Virus record (IMG/VR): IMGVR_UViG_3300029305_005185
Coordinates: 1-64,000 of that record
Direction: 5' to 3' (one strand)
From: a virus
Taxonomy: Duplodnaviria > Caudoviricetes
DNA: 64,000 bases
Positions 49,044 to 61,300 of the stretch are shown in pieces. Under the pieces are notes generated by a model that made no database searches, was not told the origin of the DNA, and saw only the letters and a list, made by a program, of their open reading frames with translations. The translations under genes were made by a program, and so were the position numbers. Position 1 is the stretch's first letter. Each line of letters begins with the position of its first letter.

Positions 49044-52000
49044 ATGGAATTAATGCTAAAAGTTTTTCTAATTTATCATATGTTAAAGTCTTAGTTGCCC
49101 CACTACTATTTCTAAAAGTAATAGAACCATTATTTATTGTAATAGACTTTGCTTTCATTTTTCCTTCTTCAGTAATTGTAAAAGGTGCTTTAGTTGGATT
49201 AGAATCTCCTGCCCAAAATCTTATTGGTTTACTTAAAATTGGGTCAACGTATCCATCATTACCACAAATGCCAGCAAAATTACTTGTCTCGCCATCGCTT
49301 CCAGCGTATAATCTATCTACAACATGTAAATATCCATCATCATGAACCTATACAGTAAGCGTAGGATTATCTTTATTATCATATGTATAGAAAAATAAAC
49401 CATGTTCTCCACTAGCATTTTTACCAAAGATAGTTATAGGTTTACCAGTTTTACTTAATAACTATAATCCATTTTTAGAATCAAGTTTCATAGAACCATC
49501 AGAAGAAGCCATTTTGAAACCATGCCAATCCAATACCAATTCTTCTTTTCCGTCTAACATATACATTAAACCGTCTTCATTTATTTTAATATAAGAATTA
49601 TTACTATAAACTGGAGAGCCATTAGAAGAGTCAGATTTATAAGCATATAGTCCTTCACTATTCCACTAAAATGCTGCCTAATCTCCTGACATAATTCTAA
49701 TTAATCTTGTATCAAGCTGTCCAGTGGTAATTAAATTAGCATTTATGCCCATTGGAGTTATTGCTGTTTCCCAATTGCGTTCATTGGTTTCATCATTAAT
49801 AGAGCCGGAGCAAAATACTCCACCGCCTCGTACAGCAATTTGTCCATATATGCCATTGTTATAAGGAATAGTATTAGTTAATACAAGACCGCCTGTATCA
49901 TCTAAATGAAGATTAGAATCACTAAAATTAAAAGCAATATTATTATTATCTAACGTAGACTATAATACAGAAGGCTGTACTTCTCCGGAAGAAGTAAAAC
50001 TCGCCGCGGCAATGTTATACATATTTTGATTCTATTTCATTGCTTCATTCTAAGCAGAAATAGAAGAAAATAAATCTTCAAATTTTGTTTTATAATTTGA
50101 AACTATTACAGTATCTTCTTTAGGCTTGTCTAAAACATAAGTTAAACCAGATATATATCCATATTCTTTATAAACGTCTATAGAATAATCATTGATATGA
50201 CAAAGTTGGCCAAGTTCTAAAGAATTTATTTCATCGGGAATGTTAGCTACCTAAATTTCATAAGAATATTTAGGTTTGGAACTATCTTTCGCCACCTATT
50301 TAGCATCTAAATATAATTGTTCATTAGCTCTTGAAACCTAAAAGATAATATTATAAGTTTCTTCTAATAAATAACTAGGAAAATGTTTGTCAGATACTTT
50401 TAATGTAATATAAGGGCGTCCTTTACGCTCAAGAATCTAATAATCTTCATAATTAGTTAATTTTTTAGCATCAGGAGTAACATAAATCTTGAAATTTTCA
50501 CTTTCAGTATTTACATTACGATAGTCTATAAAAATACGAGGATAAACAATTTTGTATCTATCAGAACCATTTCTAATAGTTAGCATTACATCCTCTTCAA
50601 TAGTCTCTCCTTTGTCAAAAGAATATTTTACAACTTGGTATCTTTGATAATCTATATCATCGGATGTTAATAGTATTACTGGTATAATATTATTGTTGCT
50701 ACTATCTTTTAAAAAAGCATATTTAAAACCAGAATTATTATATAAATGACGAGAACTTAAATATTGATTTGATCCTAAAAAAGCTCCTGTTAAATTATAA
50801 TAATCGGCATACTCTGTTTTGTTTGTATCAAAATCTTTGTTATAAATTAAATCTTTGTATATAGAATTTTGTTTTGGCACTTTAATTTCTAAATAAGGAA
50901 CGGTGTTTGCTTTATTAGATTTTACCGTATGAATAGTTAATTCAGTGCCCGCGGGATAAATTCCATTATCTGTTCCAGCAGAGGTTGGGGCTTCAAATGT
51001 ATAATATTTTGCATCTAATAATACATAATATTTTTTATTTTCTGTTATTGTATTTTTATTGACAGTTATCCAAGTATATTCTGGATTCATTAAAGTAATA
51101 CAAAAATCAGAAACAAGCCGAAGTTTTACTTCATTATTATCCTTATTAGCTTTTTCAGTTGTACCAATTCTTCGTAAAAAATTAGACGGTAGTTCTATAA
51201 AAGAATAATAAGTTCGTTTATCATCACTAATATCATCACTTGAAGCATAATAATATTCTTTTTGCTCTTCTTCAAAAAGAATTTCATCAAAAATGATTGT
51301 AGTATTATCTACGGTTTCATTTCGCTTGTCTTTCATTATGGCAACATTATGGCCCTCACCAGGATCTTCATAAGATTCTGGCTGCCAATAACCTTCACGT
51401 AAAGCTGGGCCTAAAGTACGCTCTAATTTAAAATTTAAAGCTTCTTTTTGAGCCAAAAGAGAAAGCCTGTTGTTATCATTTATTTTTATATCTTTTTTTA
51501 AACCTGACCAATTATCTTCGCTACCTTCGTCAGTACCTATTAAAGCTGAATATTCCTCATATTTTGCCCGCTAAGTATCTTCTTTAATCTAAAGGGAATT
51601 ACAAATAGTTTCATATTTATTTTTTGGAAAGTATTCTAAAGATAAATAAATAACCACACCTTTTGATATATCAGCATCTTTACTTCCAAAATATTTTTCT
51701 CTTCCTTCTTCTGTGGCAAAGATATCATTATTTTTAGAAGTAAAAATAGAGTCTGGAAATCCATATTCATCTTTGGTTACATACCAACTATTCCTATTAC
51801 TACTAGCATTGGAAGGAGCGTTTTGAGCATGTACTAATGGGCGGTTAACTTCCTATTCATCAACTATCATCAATGGAAAAAGAGATTTAGAATCATCATA
51901 AGAACTATCTGAATATCCTTTAATAGTGGCAACATTTATACCTTCTAATCTCAAGCTTCCCTATAAAATTTCCATAGAGTCTTTTGGAACAAAAGTAATA

Positions 52001-53505
52001 AAATAACTATTGCCATTTCCACCTTTTAAAACTGGCTCATTGGATAAAGACTAAGCATATTTTTCATATGTTTTTAATTGTTCTTGAGCGCTTTCCATTG
52101 AAGCTTTTGCAGTGGCTTGCAATGCTTCAAGCTCATTTAACTATACAGCTAATTCAGAACCAATTTCTTCAACTGAAATTAATTCTTTATTCAACTTATG
52201 AATTTTTATTTTATATGTTTCTATCTCAGCTTTTTGGAAATCATTAATAGAGCCAACTTTATATAAATAATCAAAATTTAAAATAAAGTCATCTAATAAC
52301 GGATTTAATGAAGTATCTGCTATTGAAACATATCCAGTATCCATAGTTTCAGAGGCAATTGGATTAACATACATTTTAGTATAGACTTCGCTACTATCAA
52401 TAGTACGAGAAATAGTATTTAAATTATGTTTATAATTTATTACATAAGGCTTATCTGTTTTAATAGCTCTATTAAAAAAAACTACTTTTTTGCCAGTCCA
52501 AACCTAATTGGCATCATCCCAATAAGTTCTTTTAAAATGACCATCTGGGTCACAAGCGTATTCATAAGTACAGTAGACTTCAAATGTTTCTGCTAAAGTT
52601 TGAGTAATATTATACTTATTACTATTATAACAATCTACATAGCGTGCTTTTTCTCTAAAATTAGTTACCTATATAGGAGATAATTTATTATTTATAATAT
52701 CCCAATTTTCAACATAAGGATTCTCATAAATAACACTTTCATCTCTTGGCTAATATAAAGGGCCGCTAGTACCGGCATTTATTAAAAGCCAATTTACCAT
52801 TTCTTTATCTAAATATTTTGCATCTTTGCTATTATAAAAACTGTAACCTTCAATCTAGCCAGCAGTACCACCATCAATAAAAGTATCAGAAAGCTAATCA
52901 AAATAACCACGCCAATCCATACGAATTTCATAACACCATGGAGTAAGCCATTTAACAACATATCCATTTTCATCTTTTTCATTGGGAAAAACTTTATCTA
53001 ACCAATAATCAATAGATGCTAAGGTAGTATCATCTTTAGCAAAATCTTGTTCTAAAACAGTGCTATTTAATTCAATTTTATATCCCTATTTTCCAAGTTC
53101 GGCGAAAGCTAAACCATTACAAGTTATTTCTTTATAAACTGAAAAGTTTTTGTCTCTTTTATTTATTATCTTATCAACGATAAAAGGAAACACTTTTACT
53201 TCTTCTTCAGAAAACTAAATACTAACTTTTAATACTCTTGTATTTTCAACTAAAATCCCATTCTCAGCGTCTTGCCATCGTGGATTTATAATCCGTTCAT
53301 TAGGTGTTTCACTTAAATAAAATTTCGGAATTTTACAAGTAAAATTCTAAGTGCCATCATCTTTAATTTCCATTCGTGGCTCAACAACCTATCCCAAAAA
53401 AGTGTCTTCATAGGATTGCAAGCAACCAATAAAGTTATCTTGCAATCCAAAGACATCAATTTTATACGGGCGGGCTTTTTGATGTAAATTTATGCTTACA
53501 CTCAA
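49042..53505 (-). CDS. tail tip/baseplate hub (Tal-like minor structural) protein (~1487 aa, ~26 TAG)
   Basis: Frame scanned by eye: no TAA/TGA between TTG53505 (GGAGGGG RBS) and TAA49042; SNKYNITQTLAETFEV, WETAITPMGINANLITTGQLDT; lies downstream of Dit and TMP. Confidence 0.75.
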
Positions 53506-53520
53506 AATTAACCCCTCCAA

Positions 53521-55338
53521 TCACGCATAAGTATATTTATATTCTAATTTTATATTTTTTACAGCAATTGTTTCATCTATTCCGTGATTAAAACCTAAAA
53601 TATGATAAGAAGCAATTTTACCTGTAGAAATATCAATGGTGTCTCCACCATCTATTTGTAAGTAGCTAGAAGCAATAATATTGCTACAATTTTCATCCTA
53701 AATTTCTTCTAAAACAATTACACTATCACTATTAAGTTGATTAGTTTTATATGTAATATAAGCCTATCCTTTTTCTCCCAAAAAACTTAAAGTATAAGGA
53801 TAAAAATCTCCAAAAGTACCCTCTGTAGTTATATCTTCTTTGCGAAAACCATCGTTGCACTTCGCAAACATCATTAACATCATAATATTAAAATAACCAA
53901 ACCAATCTACTTCTATAGGGTCTTTAGTAATGGGATAGGGGTAAACAATTACTTTATTTGTCTTAAAACATCCTGGAAAATCGTCTTCTTCATCATATTC
54001 AATATTTTCATAATCTCCAGCATGAAAAATTACTTCCCCATATACATCTTCAGTTACTTTATCTAAAGTTTCTATATGTTTTTTCGTCATTGGATAATTT
54101 GTATCATCGCTATCTATTAACATACCCTATTGAATTTTTAATTCATCATCTGTAGCATAATAAAAATTCTAATTTAACTACATTTTCTAAAGAACTCTTA
54201 TTGCCCAAAGTAATACTTTTCCATTAATTAATTCTTCTTGCAAACGTTCTTGTAATTCAACTAAAGCTCCATGTTCATTTTCTTCATAAAAATGCCAAGC
54301 AGCATTAATAGCTTTATTTACATCAGAACTAATTTCTGGTAAACCATATTTAAAAGATTTAATATAACGAGTATTTTTCCCAAAACCATTTTCACTAGAT
54401 AAAATATTATCTGTAGTTGAAATAGTATTGTAGGGATAAATAGAATTTGTTATAGAATCATAAATTTCATTAAAATAAACTGGCTACCATTGCTTTGTAT
54501 TTATTGAAGTAATAGAACGCTATAATGTAAATTCTATATTAGCCTCAGAAGCAATTGTAGAAGGATTATAAAAAGGAATAAAAGAAGCTTCATCATAAAC
54601 AATAGAATTATCAGGCTATTCTTCATATTCAGTCCAACGTTTAATTATTTTTTCATTTTCATCTTTTTCAAATAAAGTTTTTTCTAAAATAACTGGCAGA
54701 CTAAACCAGCTACCAGTAGCACATTTCACATTTTTAGTCCAGCTATCTCTTGCAGGTATATTATTATGATACATCATGCAAGCCGCGGCCTATCCATTGT
54801 CATTCATATTAGCCAAATCAGCTATTTTTCCATCCAATACCTAATAAAAAGAATATGTAAAAGGTCTATCCTATATAAACTAAATTTTACATTCGCCTTT
54901 ATAAATTCTACTAGGAAAACTTATACCAGCAACTTTAGCTTCTTCCTAAAAAGGAATAAAAGCAAAATCTACTACTGTCTTAATGCGAACATAACAATAT
55001 CTATCAAACCAAGCATCTTCATAAAATTGCCCATAATGTCCCGGACGAAAATGCCGTTTAAAATCTTCAAATTGACGTTCTGTCATTCCATCTGTTGCCA
55101 AAGAATATGTATATGTTTTCGTTTTAAAATTAGTGCCCCAATAATACTAACCCCATACACCATTTACATTTGAAGTCTCATCTTCAAATTCTGGGGAACC
55201 AGCGAACTGGTACCGGTCGCCGCTTGTAACGGCGACCAGTCCAAATTCACTAATATGACGTCCAGCAAAACTGAAGTCAATATATTCTTTTCCCCAAGGC
55301 ATGAGATTACGGGTAAGTTCTTCAACTTGTATACCCAT
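53521..55338 (-). CDS. distal tail protein (Dit-like; 605 aa, ~15 TAG)
   Basis: DFSFAGRHISEFGL...FEDETSNVNGVWG*YYWG; frame open except for TAG; directly downstream of TMP. Confidence 0.75.
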
Positions 55339-55345
55339 ACTCCTT

Positions 55346-58300
55346 TTACCTCCTATTTACGCCGCGACCAGATGCGCGCGCGGCAATTGAATATATTTTA
55401 TTTGTTATATCATTATAAAGTTCATCAACATCGTACTGATCATTGAGTTGCTGTACCTGTAGTACAATAGCGCCAGATTCAATATTAATTCCTCGATTTT
55501 CAGTTGTGTTATTGATTATGTTAGCTATAGAACTACGAATTGAAGCTCCGAGATTTGAAGCAAAGGAATTAAAAGCATCTTTCAAAGCTTCTCCACGACC
55601 GGAAGCCATAGCAAGTCCTTCTTCAAGAATACGATTTTGCTCAGCAGTAAGAATACGTTCTGGTTTAGATTTAGAACCATCAACCCAAGCGGGACCAGTA
55701 TAATTAATTATACCGCCTTTTGCATATTTATTACCAGAATCTGCCTATTCTTTCATCCAATTTTTAATATGTTCAAATAGTTCTTTTTGCGCTAAATCTA
55801 AAGCTTCTTTTGGAGTTTTACCAGAAATAATAGCAGAAGCATAAGTGTCTCCAAATTCTCTTTTCCATTTTTCTTGCTATTCAGTGTCAGCTTTATTAAA
55901 GGAATCTTGCAAAGTTTTACCCTCTTTTGTATCCCAAACAGCATTAAAAGATTTATTCCCCTCTTCAGCGTAATACTATCTTTCTCTTTCTGCGGTAAAA
56001 ATACCAATTTTCTTAGCCCATTCTGTTAACATATCTTCTTGTTGTAAAGCAGATTGTTCAAAGAAATTTGTACTATTGCCTAGCATAAAATCTTGAATTT
56101 CAGCATCAGTACCCGACATTACTTCATAAACTTTTTGCCAAATTACACCATTTTCTTGCTGATATTCAAGAAGCTCTTCTTGAATTTTAACTTGCTAATC
56201 AAGTAATTTTGCCTGATTCTCATTGGCTTCTCGGATATTTTCCAAAGCATTTTCCTAATTAGAGAAATATTCATCTTTAAACATTCCATCTAATTGTTTT
56301 TCTAAATCAGCAATCTCAGAAGCGGAGCCACCACTACGACGCTTCAAGGCAAGCGAACGTTGTAATTGTTCTCTGTCTTGAATAGCAGTATTTTGCTCAT
56401 ACATCTAACGTTCTGCGCTAATTGCTTCCTAAATACCATTAGCATAAGCTTCATTAGCTTCTTTGATTAAGTCGTTTTGCTTTTTGAGATTTTCGATATT
56501 TTCTTTCCAAGCATTTACAATGATATCATAGATTTCTTTGGATAAATCAATTTCATTATCTCGAATCTCTTTTTCAATCTCATTGATTTGCTCTTCAAGC
56601 TCGGCCAATGTGCCTTCAGTTTCTTGAACAGTATCACGTAGTGCATCATAGTCATCAATTTGCTTTTGAAGTTCTTCATAGAACTTGGCAACCAACTCTT
56701 CATTTTCAAGCTCTTCGCCATCAGTATTAGTATAAGACCAACCAAGAGATTGAACAAAAGCAAGTTGTTCTTCACCTGACATCTCATTCATTTGAGATAA
56801 GACTTCAAGAGCACCTTTGCCTCCATTAGTTTCATTGCCTTTCTTATATTGCAACAAACCATTTTCGTCAACCTCTAAGAATTGAGACCAAATCTTATTG
56901 GTATTAATATGCTCGGCTTGACGTTGAAGTTGTAGTTGTTGGAAACGAAGTAAATCTTGTTGGGTATTTACTTGGTCATCTAGCAAAGCTTGAGTGGCAC
57001 GTAGATTCTTTAAGTATTCTTTACCGTCAGTTATATTTTTGCGTTTAGCAAGAAGAACATTAATTTGTCCTTCAATATCTGCAATCTGGCGAGAAAGATT
57101 ATACCATTCTTGTAAATCGGCGATATGGGCTTTTAGAGAATTTTCGTCTCCACCACCGCCGCCACCGCCACCACCGCCACCGCCAAGAAGATCGGCAGCG
57201 GAAAGGCTATTAAGTAAACCTTGCCATACAGATTTTGCACGACGAACTGCGGCCAAAGCAGCTTCAATACCACTGCCTCCTGCAAGAGCTGGACCAGTGA
57301 CATTGCCAGTAGCATAAGCATTAGGCTCTAAAGGTAAACCACGAGCATTTTTCATTTGTCCGTTAAGAATACCTTTTGTCTGAAGATGATTAAATACAAT
57401 AGCATTTTTAGGTAGTTTTACAAATTCTGCGCCGGTCTAACCAAGTAAATGATATTGACCATTATATACGGCTAATTCAGGGCCAAGTTCACCGACAAGA
57501 GTTTTATTTGCTATTTGAGCTCCAGTTGCTAATCGTCCAATAGAACCATCGGCGTAAGCGGGACCAGTAATAGCATTCATAGTACCGGTATAGACTTGTG
57601 GAATATTTCCATTACGTCTTATATTATAAGTTATTGTATATTCAGCATTACCCATTGGAGGTACTTCGCCACTAATACCTGTTTGATAATCAATTTGTGG
57701 AGTAGCATTATCTAGTGGTGGAACTTCGCCAGTAATTCCTGCATTATATTGAACATCTACTTCTGCAGTACCGCCATCAACAGTTGGAATTGACTAATCG
57801 CCACCACTTTGTCCGCCGCCACCAATACCAGCACTATTAATTTGCAAATTAATTGGTGTTTCTAACGCAGTTTTTAACTAATTAAAAGCTTCCTAAATAG
57901 CATTAAATTCGCTTGTTGCGCCTTCTGAATTTATATTTAAATTAAGACCACCTTCAAGTGAAGTACGAATAGCTGCTACATCAGTTTCTAACTAAGATAT
58001 TGTAGTTGTTCCAGATTCACTAGTACTAAAATCAATACTATAAGTATAGGTTGTTGTTCCATCCGCGTTAACCGTAGAGCTGTCTATATTAACTTGCTAT
58101 CCAATTAATTCAGAAATATATTGAGCTGGGTCAACTCCACCGGTATCTCCAAGCTATATTTCAAAGTTTCCAGTATCAACTACATAGGTAATAGTAGTTT
58201 CACCCTATCCTTCAACTACAATATTTCTAGTTCTTATTGTACGATTAATTTGATCACCAATCTCTTGAGTTGCTTCTGGGCCGAAACCTTCATTGGTTAA

Positions 58301-61300
58301 ATAATCTCCAACAAAAGTATAGCGCATTTTAGTTGTAACAACTATATTTCCTTCGGCATCCACAGTTAAACCATCAACTACTAAACCAGAAGAAGCTAAT
58401 TGATTATTCAATTGTTCAGTTAACTATTCTTTAATCGCTTCAAAAGAGCCTTCGCTATCTAGGCCGGTAATAGTAAAAGAGTCTCCTCCAATAGATTCAA
58501 AATCTATTTGTAAATTCTAATCCCCAACAGCAATTTGAGTTACCCCAGCTAAAGCTGCGTTCATACGGCTAGAAAAATCAGAACCTAATGATTGAATCCA
58601 ACCTTCTGTTCCAAGATTCTAAAAAAGACTATCATAATAGTTTGTTAAGGTTTCCTGCCATCCATCAGCCAAGTTACCTTCCTAATCATATAAACTTTCT
58701 CCAAGATTTCTTGGATTCATAGCTTCTGCAATGGCTACTGCTTGGTCTTGAGTTAAATTTGCTAACTGTTCTCTTAAAGCAGAACCTATATTCGGGTCAT
58801 TAATTTTCGTAGCTAAATAATTCATTCCAAAAAATGCAGTCGGATCTAAAGCATTACCACCTGTAACCAACTACATTAAATTCTGTAAAGATTCATTTTG
58901 TCCGTTTTTAATATTAGTTTCGAATTCAATTAAAAACTACTACTTTTCTTCTAGATTGGACAAATTATTATAAGCATTATAAGCATCTTCTAAATTTGTT
59001 ATTGGATTACCCTCACCATCGCCACTAAAATCGAAATTAATACTAGTATCAATATTACCAATTGTGGCTAAAGCTAATAAAGCTTCTAACATAGTTTCTA
59101 ATCCAGACAAATATTTTATCTATGAACGTGCTGTGTCTTTTAATCCTTCGTTCATTCCATCTGCCATAGCAGTCGCTGCTGCACCAATTTCTAGTCCTAC
59201 AGCGGCAAAACCTTGAGCATCAACTTGGCCAATAGTTTCTGAAGCAGAAACAACTGTATTAGCAAAGGTTTGGATATCCATACCTGCAATTCCCAAGCTT
59301 CTAGAAACATCATTCCATTGTCCAGAACGATCAAGCTAACTAATAAGATTATAAAAATCATTATAACCCATTTGCTCACTATCTCTTAAGCCAGTCAAAG
59401 CGTTTTTAACTTTATCAATAGTTCCTACAAAACGATCGAAATTTTCTGTCATTCCGTCTGTAGAACTTCTATCCATAAAATTAAATTCTAAAGATTCTGG
59501 GTCAAACATAGCGCTATTTTCAGCCTAACGCAAAACTTCAACCCAGTCTTCCATTCCACTAATTACTTGACCCTATTCATCTAAACAAGCATGAATAGCA
59601 TCCTAAATATCTTCGTAGCCTTGAATGGTGCTATTTTCACCATCTCTCCACATTTCCCAAATTTGATCGCCAAACTCTCCACCAAGTCCTTGAGCATTGG
59701 CTCTAGAGTAAAGCTGAGTAATAAGAAGCCTTTGATCAGCTTCACTCATCTAAACACCACGACTCGTAGTTCTTACTGCTACACCAGATAATCCATATTC
59801 ACGAGCTAAGCGATTAAAATCTTGAGCGCTCAAAGTTCCTTCAATTCCAGAACTTAAATCTGAAATACCCGAAGAAATACTGTCAATTATACCATCAACA
59901 ATAAAAGCTTGAAGTTGTGCTAAACGCTAATTAATGTAAGCAGCATCGGCATCCTATGCTAAAGCTCCCTAAATGATTGCAGAATAAATAGAATCTATTA
60001 TAGCCTAAGAGCCGCCATTTAATGCAGCCTCGATACTATCGGCGGTATAACCAGTATAACCTAGTGTATCATAGATACCAATTAATTCTTCCGCTGTCAT
60101 CTCTCCACCGGAAGCTAATTCTTGCATTGCAGTGCCAACTTGATTAAAAGACTCTCTAACGTTATCAAACTGGGCAATTTGCTATGCTTGCTATCCTTCG
60201 GCCATCGCACTCCAGAATTGTTCGAACAAATCTATTGCCTAAAATGCTTCCGCCTATTCTTCAGCTGTCATATCGGAAGTGCGAACTGCTTCTTCGGCTT
60301 CTGCAATAGTTTGGTCTATTTCGGTACGACTAAAAGTAGACATTCCAGTGCCGGCTATTATGGCTACCTTATCACCATATTGAGCGCGAAGCTATTCTAG
60401 TCTACTAGTCTACGCATTCTAGAACGCCATATCTACCATTTCCATAGCAGTAGCGCCCGCTTCACTCATCGTAGAAAAGCCAATAGTTTCTGCCAAATCA
60501 CTTGCAGAATCAAAAGTTTGTATGTCAAAAGTTTGAGTATCCTTGTCATATTTAAACAATTTACTAATCTTTGACATATCAGCCTATTCGCCTGCAATCA
60601 TTTGAAATGCTGTTGCTATTTCCGCAGCATCTTCAACAGTAAAACCTGGAGAATCTTCAGACATATTACGAATTTTTTCCATCGCGGAAGAATAATATGC
60701 TAAAGAATCAGCTTGTTCGGCAATAACTTTGGTGAAATCAAAGCCGAAATCTTTTCCATATCCAATTGAACCAAGATAGCTTGTATATAACTATTCAAGT
60801 TTATCAGTTTTAAAACTAAAAGTTAAATTATCATCAGCAACTATTTGTTTACTAATTTGTTTTAAGCTTGTAGCAAATTTATCACTAAGATCGTCTAATT
60901 CAATTGGAATATCAATTCCTTCTATTTGACTTATTTCTTTAAATTGAATAAGTTCATTTTCAGTAATATTTCCATAAGCTTTTTTAATCAATAGTTCATA
61001 AAGAGTTTCACGCGCTTCATTTAAACCATCTTTATAATTAGCTATTAACTATTCATAAACTGAATCAATAGTAGCCTAATCGATTCCTTCGGGCAATGCC
61101 TGTTTAATATATTCTTTAATTCCGTCTTTTGCCTAATCTGCTTCAGTTCCACCAGCTAAAATTTCGCCAATACTTTGTAAAAAATTAGCTTTAATATCTT
61201 CCAATTTTTCTGGAGAATCTTTAAAAATTTCAGCCCATGTACTATCAGTTACTCCTTCAGCAGAAGCCAACTAAGTACCCAAATCTTCTACAGCGCCTAT

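Noticed and set aside
49016-49345. + strand ORF 49016-49345 and other + strand ORFs over the tail genes
   Set aside because: It starts inside the terminator hairpin and is antisense to the recoded tail-tip gene.
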